A stretch of 64,000 nucleotides of DNA from Candidatus Nomurabacteria bacterium (lineage in GTDB: Bacteria; Patescibacteriota; Minisyncoccia; Phycocordibacterales; CAIZLB01). Location: contig CALRFG010000004.1 of assembly GCA_943356525.1 (NCBI GenBank), positions 290-64,289 of the forward strand, given 5' to 3'. Positions 57,882-64,000 of the stretch are shown in pieces. The position numbers were made by a program, and so were the translations under genes. Under the pieces are notes generated by a model. That model was not told where the DNA came from. It did no database searches and saw nothing but the letters and a program-made list of their open reading frames with translations. How positions within the stretch are numbered: the stretch's first letter is position 1; every line of letters begins with the position of its first letter.

Positions 57882-59396
57882 ATGACTCAAGATCAAGCAT
57901 TACGCATTTTAAAAACCGGAGCATCGGTGTTCCTAACAGGAGAACCTGGGTCCGGTAAGTCATATACTATAAAATCCTATATAGATTATCTTATACAAAA
58001 CAATGCTAATCCCTCAGTAACCGCCTCAACAGGTATTGCTTCAACACATATCGGTGGTATGACTATACATTCATGGTCAGGTTTGGGAATAAGGTCAGAT
58101 CTTACCGTATACGATCTTGAGGCCATGTTAGAAAAAGAGTATGTTGTTAAACGAATATCAAAAGCTAAAGTACTTATTATCGATGAGATATCTATGTTAT
58201 CGGCCAATACTTTAGACATGTTAGAACGAGTTTGTTCGTATATAAGACACAATGAATCAAAACCTTTTGGTGGATTACAGGTTATTTTTGTTGGAGACTT
58301 TTTTCAACTTCCACCTATTGTTAAAAATTCTGATAAACTTTCTTCTTTAGAAATGTTTGAAAATTCTCCTTTGGCTTTCAATGGCCAAGCCTGGACTAAA
58401 ACTGATCCTGTAATATGTTATCTTACAGAACAACATAGACAAAGTGATGCAGAGTTTGTTTCTATTTTAAAAAATATCAGAGAGGATAAAGTTGATACAA
58501 AGGTTCATGACATTTTACAAAAAAAAATATTGAAAAATAAAGAAACAACAGGAACTTTGCAAAAGATAACAAAACTATATTCACACAATATTCATGTTGA
58601 TAAAGTAAATAATCTAGAGTTAGGTCTTATAAGCGACAAAATAAAAATTTTTGAAATGACAAAAACAGGTCGCGACTTTATTGTAGATAACTTAGTAAAG
58701 AATTGTTTATCGCCATATAAACTTGAACTTAAAAAAGGGGCAAAAGTTATGTGTACTAAAAATAATCCGGAAAAAGGTTTTGTAAATGGTTCTATAGGTG
58801 AAGTTGTTAAATTTTCCAAAACTACGACATTTCCTATTATAAAATTTACAAGTGAAAAAGGTTATGTACGTGAGATAGAAATAGAGCCGATGGAATGGTC
58901 TATAGATGATGGAGGAAAAAAAGTGGCAACTATAAAACAGATTCCACTTCGTCTTGCTTGGGCCATGACTATACATAAATCACAGGGTATGTCTTTGGAC
59001 GAAGCTATGATGGATATATCTAGTGTGTTTGAATATGGTCAAGGCTATGTTGCACTTTCACGTGTAAGAACATTGGCAGGACTTCATCTTATAGGATATA
59101 ACGATATGGCTTTAAAGGTTCATCCAGAAGTTTTGGGTAAGGACATAGAGTTCAAGCAAAAATCAATTGACGCAGAGTATGAGTTTAGTAAAATAACTCC
59201 TACTGAGCTGTATAAGATTCATGAAAATTATATAAATTCTATAGCAACAAAAGGTATACCTGAAAAAGAAAAGTCATCGTATTTTGGATATAAAAAGAAA
59301 ACAAATGGATTTGCTAAAAAACCCGCAAAGAAGAAAACAAAGAGTTATGATATAGACAATGATATTGATTATGAATCATTTGACGTGATATACTAG
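57882..59396 (+). CDS. PIF1-family (RecD-like SF1B) DNA helicase with a K-rich C-terminal tail
   Basis: 'LTGEPGSGKS' Walker A, 'LIIDEISM', and 'VGDFFQLPP', which are the PIF1 signatures. Confidence 0.8.
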   Translation: MTQDQALRILKTGASVFLTGEPGSGKSYTIKSYIDYLIQNNANPSVTASTGIASTHIGGMTIHSWSGLGIRSDLTVYDLEAMLEKEYVVKRISKAKVLIIDEISMLSANTLDMLERVCSYIRHNESKPFGGLQVIFVGDFFQLPPIVKNSDKLSSLEMFENSPLAFNGQAWTKTDPVICYLTEQHRQSDAEFVSILKNIREDKVDTKVHDILQKKILKNKETTGTLQKITKLYSHNIHVDKVNNLELGLISDKIKIFEMTKTGRDFIVDNLVKNCLSPYKLELKKGAKVMCTKNNPEKGFVNGSIGEVVKFSKTTTFPIIKFTSEKGYVREIEIEPMEWSIDDGGKKVATIKQIPLRLAWAMTIHKSQGMSLDEAMMDISSVFEYGQGYVALSRVRTLAGLHLIGYNDMALKVHPEVLGKDIEFKQKSIDAEYEFSKITPTELYKIHENYINSIATKGIPEKEKSSYFGYKKKTNGFAKKPAKKKTKSYDIDNDIDYESFDVIY

Positions 59397-59476
59397 AACC
59401 ATATGTCAAAAGGAGAGCACAGAGATAAAAAAAATAAAAATATTAAAAAACCAAAACAAGTTAAACCAAAAGTATA

Positions 59477-60949
59477 GTGATGCAGGTTATCAGCATATAT
59501 TGGTGTAGAAAAGATTTTCGTTTAGACGACAATCCGGCTTTATTTAATTGCCTTAAGGAAAGTAGGGAAGAGGATACTCTATTCTTACCACTTTTCATAT
59601 TGGAGGATTATATGACAAAAGGTGATCCTATAAATCAGTATAGTTATACTTCAAGGGTTTTATTATCTAAGATTTTACCTAAATTTGCAGATAATTTTAC
59701 AGAATTTAGCGTTATAAATGGTAAAATATCTCAAGTATTGACAAAACTATCGAAACATTACAATGTCAAGGTCTATGTCAATGACGATGTACATCCTGAT
59801 TTCTATAAACAAATTAAAAAAATTAAAGAAAATGGCCTTAATATAAAAGTTTATCAGGATTCACTGGCTGTAGACAAAGAAACAAAAACAATAACTGGAA
59901 ATTATTATAGTATTTTTACCCCCTTTAAAAAAAATATTTTAGCTAAATTTATAGATACAAAAATAATACTAAAATCAAATCCTGATTCTAAAATAAATTA
60001 TTTATCTAAAAATGCTATAGAAAAAATTTTTAATAAAAAAGACTTGGTAAAAAATACAGAAAAAGATATTTTAAAAGAATTTAAAGATACAAGACTTATA
60101 AAAGTTGGTAAAAATACTATAGATCTTGATGGGATTATTGCAAGACCTGAACTCAATCATGTTTATACAAATGAAAAGGAAGTACTAGATATTTTCAAGA
60201 AGTATATTAAAAATGATGGTCTAATAAACTATAAAGACAAGAGAGATTTTCTTAAAAATACAAATTCAAATATGGCCATAGCATTAGCTTGGGGATTGAT
60301 ATCAGCTGGTATACTTATGAGAGAGATAAAGAATCATCATGCAGACCTTAATCATTTAGGTGTTCAAACTTATATAAGTGAGCTTATATGGCGAGAATTT
60401 TACAAATACATACTCTATCACAACTCTACTGTTTTGAATGAAGAATTTCAGAAAAAATATAGAAATAAAATTGAATGGAGAGAGAATAAAGAAGCGGTTA
60501 AATTTTTCAAGCTTTGGGTGCAGGGTAAAACAGGTTATGACATAGTCGACGCTTCGATGTTAGAGTTGGCTAAAACAGGACAGATGCACAATAGATCACG
60601 TATGATAGTTGCCAGTATATTGACTAAAAATTTAGGCATTGATTGGCGCTGGGGACAAGAATATTTTAGATCAATACTTGCTGATTTGGATGATGCCTCT
60701 AACAATGGTGGTTGGCAATGGTCAGCTTCTGTTGGATCGGATCCAAAACCTATACGTATTTTTAATCCGTATACTCAAGCTGATAACTATGATACTGATA
60801 GAGAATATAGAAATAAATGGCTAGATAAAGATTATAAACTTGAAGCTATAATAGAACACAAACAAGCTCGTCAAGAGGCTTTGATTAGATATGGACTGTT
60901 AAATAATAAGCATAAAGATCACAATCAACATCATCTATTTAGTGATTAA
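59477..60949 (+). CDS. phr: Deoxyribodipyrimidine photolyase / cryptochrome family protein
   Basis: N-terminal photolyase alpha/beta domain and a C-terminal FAD-binding domain with 'DDASNNGGWQWSASVGSDPKPIRIFNPYTQ'. Confidence 0.85.
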   Translation: MMQVISIYWCRKDFRLDDNPALFNCLKESREEDTLFLPLFILEDYMTKGDPINQYSYTSRVLLSKILPKFADNFTEFSVINGKISQVLTKLSKHYNVKVYVNDDVHPDFYKQIKKIKENGLNIKVYQDSLAVDKETKTITGNYYSIFTPFKKNILAKFIDTKIILKSNPDSKINYLSKNAIEKIFNKKDLVKNTEKDILKEFKDTRLIKVGKNTIDLDGIIARPELNHVYTNEKEVLDIFKKYIKNDGLINYKDKRDFLKNTNSNMAIALAWGLISAGILMREIKNHHADLNHLGVQTYISELIWREFYKYILYHNSTVLNEEFQKKYRNKIEWRENKEAVKFFKLWVQGKTGYDIVDASMLELAKTGQMHNRSRMIVASILTKNLGIDWRWGQEYFRSILADLDDASNNGGWQWSASVGSDPKPIRIFNPYTQADNYDTDREYRNKWLDKDYKLEAIIEHKQARQEALIRYGLLNNKHKDHNQHHLFSD

Positions 60950-60973
60950 AAAATATAGTATAATTAGCTCATT

Positions 60974-62266
60974 ATGGAAAAAGAAAAAGACTTTATTATT
61001 AAAGAAATAAAGGCAGGGGAGAATTATCTTAGAAAACTTGGACCAGGTATCATTACAGGTGCCGCTGATGATGATCCATCAGGCATAGCTACTTATTCCC
61101 AAGCCGGTGCTCAGTTTGGAACAGGATTGCTGTGGATGGCCGCTTGGACTTTTCCACTTATGTCTATGATACAAGAGATGTGTGCACGTATAGCTTTAGT
61201 CACAGGTCAAGGTTTGGCAGCAAATATAAAAATAAGCTATTCTAAATGGGTTTTATATTTATGTACTATATTATTATTTTTAGCTAACACTTTAAACATA
61301 GGTGCCAATCTTGGGGCTATGGCAAAAGCAATTGAGCTTTTAAATCCGAGCATACCCTTTGTTTTCTTGGTAATATTTATAGGCTTATTTAGTTTAGTAT
61401 GTGAAATAATTATCCCGTACAAACGCTTTGCAAAGTTTCTAAAATATCTTGTGATGTCATTGTTTGCATATATAATTACAGCTTTAATGATTAATATGAA
61501 TTGGTCAACTTTATTTATAAATGGACTTATTCCTCAAATTGAATTTACTAAAACTCAACTTTTCTTAATAACAGGTATTCTTGGAACAACAATATCACCA
61601 TACCTTTTCTTCTGGCAAACCTCACAAGAAGTTGAATCTCAAATAGATCAAGGAAAAGTTACACCTGAGTCTCGTCTTGGTACTAATAAAGATGAGATAA
61701 AAGAAATGCGCACCGATGTTTGGACTGGCATGTTTCTATCAAACCTTGTTATGTTTTTTATCATAGCTGTATGTGCCAATACTCTATTTATAAATGGTAT
61801 TACTGATATACAAACAGCATCTGATGCTGCACGAGCTCTAGAACCATTCGCAGGCCGATTTGCAACTTGGTTATTTGCTGTAGGTATCATAGGTACAGGG
61901 TTGTTATCTATACCAGTATTAGCTGGATCTTCCGCATATGCTTTATCTGAAAGTTTGGGCTGGAAAGAAGGTTTATATTGGAAACTGAAAGAAGCAAGAG
62001 CATTTTATGGGGTTATTGCTGTTTCTATCGTATTAGGTATTTCAATAAATTTTTTAGGAATAGATCCTATAAAGGCTTTAATATATTCTGCTATAGCAAA
62101 CGGTATCATAGCTCCTGTGGTAATCATTTGTATAGTTCATATAAGTTCTAGTGAAAAATTTATGGGTGAATTTAAGAATAAAAAATTTACAAATATTATA
62201 GGTTGGATTATTGCCATACTTATGAGTATAACTGCATTGGCAACTATAGTAGCTATGGTTTTGTAG
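60974..62266 (+). CDS. NRAMP-related divalent metal cation transporter (divergent MntH-like)
   Basis: 'GPGIITGAADDDPSGIATYSQAGAQFG' is the Nramp TM1 'DPGN'-type motif in the variant DPSG. There are about 11 transmembrane segments. Confidence 0.6.
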   Translation: MEKEKDFIIKEIKAGENYLRKLGPGIITGAADDDPSGIATYSQAGAQFGTGLLWMAAWTFPLMSMIQEMCARIALVTGQGLAANIKISYSKWVLYLCTILLFLANTLNIGANLGAMAKAIELLNPSIPFVFLVIFIGLFSLVCEIIIPYKRFAKFLKYLVMSLFAYIITALMINMNWSTLFINGLIPQIEFTKTQLFLITGILGTTISPYLFFWQTSQEVESQIDQGKVTPESRLGTNKDEIKEMRTDVWTGMFLSNLVMFFIIAVCANTLFINGITDIQTASDAARALEPFAGRFATWLFAVGIIGTGLLSIPVLAGSSAYALSESLGWKEGLYWKLKEARAFYGVIAVSIVLGISINFLGIDPIKALIYSAIANGIIAPVVIICIVHISSSEKFMGEFKNKKFTNIIGWIIAILMSITALATIVAMVL

Positions 62267-62798
62267 AAATTTCAAGGTAGAAGATATAGACTATTTAATT
62301 CAACATACCTTAAAAGGGCAAATTTTGCCTTAAAAAAGCCATAAAATCCAGCAAAATCAATAAATATAAGAAAAATCAAAAAATCCCAAATTTAGTTAAA
62401 TTATATAAATATCTAGTATAAGTGATCATATTGATTGATTGAAATAGATATAATGTTGACTGTAGTATGTGTAAGTTAAGTCAAAGTTTATTTATTAGAT
62501 ATATTATAACTATATTTAATATATATAATGTCGCAAAAGATATATTGTGCGACATGTATACTTACGAATGAAGCGAGTTAGAAAACAAGGAGTGCACTTT
62601 AGTGCCGACATATAGCCTAGCCCACCCCACTCTACGCTAACCCAAATATAATATTTAAATATTTTTTTGATATTGTTACATTAAAATGTTAAATAATTTA
62701 ATATATAAAAAAACCCAACTAAGGGGGATTAATATTTTTGAAATTTTATATAAAGTTATGATATAGATTAATTATAAAGAAGGTTATACTCTTCCCTA

Positions 62799-62984
62799 CT
62801 ATCTGGCTTCAAGTAACTCAACTCTTTTTACCAGTGGGTTAAATTCATACCTATGAACCTTGTCGGTTTCTATAGACAACAATCTTTTATCAACTGCTAA
62901 AAACCTTTGATTCATATCCGTTCTTAGGTCAGATATTTCATTTTTAAGTTCTAATTTTAGCTCTTTATTAGTCTCATCCATCAC
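62799..62984 (-). CDS. Hypothetical small coiled-coil protein of 61 aa, immediately downstream of the histidine kinase gene
   Basis: Short ORF, probably co-transcribed with the kinase. Weak support. Confidence 0.25.
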   Translation of the reverse strand: MMDETNKELKLELKNEISDLRTDMNQRFLAVDKRLLSIETDKVHRYEFNPLVKRVELLEAR

Positions 62985-63023
62985 ATTGAAAAACTTATCA
63001 AAACTATCTACTACCGTAAAACA

Positions 63024-63983
63024 CTATACACCAGGTAATTCAATATAAAACTTAGACCCCTTATCTTTTCCCTGAGACTCAGCCCAAGCTCGACCATTAT
63101 GACCTTTCAGTATTTGCCCTGCTACAAACAAGCCTAGACCTGTGCCTAGCATATTTATACTTGAAGATTCTGGTGCACGGATATACTTGTTAAAAAGACT
63201 TGGTAATATTTCTGGACTTATACCAACTCCTGTATCTTCAATCTTTACTAAAACATTATTATTTTTAGTTTTACTTATAAAAATATTTATTTGCCCTTCT
63301 GGTGTATATTTTATTGCATTATCTATGATATTTAAAAATACTTGTTTTATTTTACCCTCATCAACTTCTACTTTATATTCCATACTAGAGTCATAATTAA
63401 AATTTATAATTAAACCTTTTCTTTCAGCTAAATTTTTTACGTTTTCAATAATATTTTTAATAATATATACCAAATCTATAACTGAAAAATAATATCTCAT
63501 ATTCCCCTGCTCTATACGAGAAATATTAAGATAATCTTCAACAATCATTGTCAAATCAATAGTTGAACGCGATATTTTATTCACAGCATCCTCTATCCCG
63601 GGATTTTTTATTTCACCAAAAGTACCATCTAATATCATTGACGAATAACCTTTCATGGCAGTTAAAGGAGCTCGAAGCTGATGTGTTGCAAGTGATATAA
63701 ATTCAGATTTTTTTAAGTCAAGTTCTTTAAGTTGTGTATTTGTTTTTTCAAGCTTCTGATTTAACACAGTCACATCTGTAACAAGTATATCGTCTTTTTC
63801 TCGTAAAGTTATCTCTTTTTTTACAGTTTTAATAAATAAATAACCACTTATAATAATTAAAAATAGTAGTATTATATCTATTAATCTATCTGTAGAACTT
63901 TGATTAAATATTATTTTTACTACCATGAATAGCCAGAGGAAAAATGTTATAAATTGTGAAAATACCACCTTAATATCAAACAA
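63024..63983 (-). CDS. Sensor histidine kinase with HisKA and HATPase_c domains and two N-terminal transmembrane helices
   Basis: H-box 'LATHQLRAPLTAMKGY', N-box 'IIDNAIKYTPEG', G-boxes 'DTGVGI' and 'GTGLGL'. No response regulator lies within the window. Confidence 0.8.
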   Translation of the reverse strand: MFDIKVVFSQFITFFLWLFMVVKIIFNQSSTDRLIDIILLFLIIISGYLFIKTVKKEITLREKDDILVTDVTVLNQKLEKTNTQLKELDLKKSEFISLATHQLRAPLTAMKGYSSMILDGTFGEIKNPGIEDAVNKISRSTIDLTMIVEDYLNISRIEQGNMRYYFSVIDLVYIIKNIIENVKNLAERKGLIINFNYDSSMEYKVEVDEGKIKQVFLNIIDNAIKYTPEGQINIFISKTKNNNVLVKIEDTGVGISPEILPSLFNKYIRAPESSSINMLGTGLGLFVAGQILKGHNGRAWAESQGKDKGSKFYIELPGV

Positions 63984-64000
63984 TCCGTATCTTATTATTC

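Overview
This is a 64 kb window from a low-GC (roughly 30%) compact bacterial genome that uses the standard genetic code, because the long ORFs are uninterrupted. Coding density is high, and the identifiable genes are mostly housekeeping.

Identified genes include alaS, proS, valS, cysS, infA, rplU, dnaJ, recR, dnaB, ychF, greA, mltG, mnmA, the dnaG-rpoD pair, galE, xth, pepF and a photolyase. There are two ABC transporter loci (a LolD/FtsX-like importer-type pair and a heterodimeric exporter), a WbaP-like/GT4 surface-polysaccharide pair, one tRNA-Gln, and one intact IS481-family insertion sequence.

Almost every gene lacks a Shine-Dalgarno sequence. Instead it carries an extended -10 box (TGnTAnAAT) 6-10 nt upstream of the ATG, so leaderless mRNAs are the norm. 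This, together with shortened AlaRS, ProRS and ValRS and many small hypothetical proteins, is compatible with a CPR/Patescibacteria-like or otherwise reduced genome, though the taxon cannot be proven from sequence alone.

The first ~6.8 kb look accessory or phage-derived. They hold an Hjc-like PD-(D/E)xK nuclease, a terminase-small-subunit-like HTH protein, a ParB-domain DNA methyltransferase, the IS, an FtsK-gamma winged-helix protein, a DUF2779 nuclease and a glycine-zipper hypothetical protein.

Other candidates worth checking:
- a two-gene ATP-cone/Mrr-like nuclease plus Cas4-like Fe-S nuclease module just upstream of dnaG;
- a candidate ~140-nt sRNA with a consensus sigma70 promoter between dnaB and cysS;
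- 28-bp direct repeats carrying CTCGAGARGG motifs upstream of two leaderless genes, one encoding a tiny HTH protein;
- a highly structured 3' region after rpoD;
- a GC-richer, probably foreign, gene at 49.8-50.7 kb.

No CRISPR array and no rRNA genes were seen.
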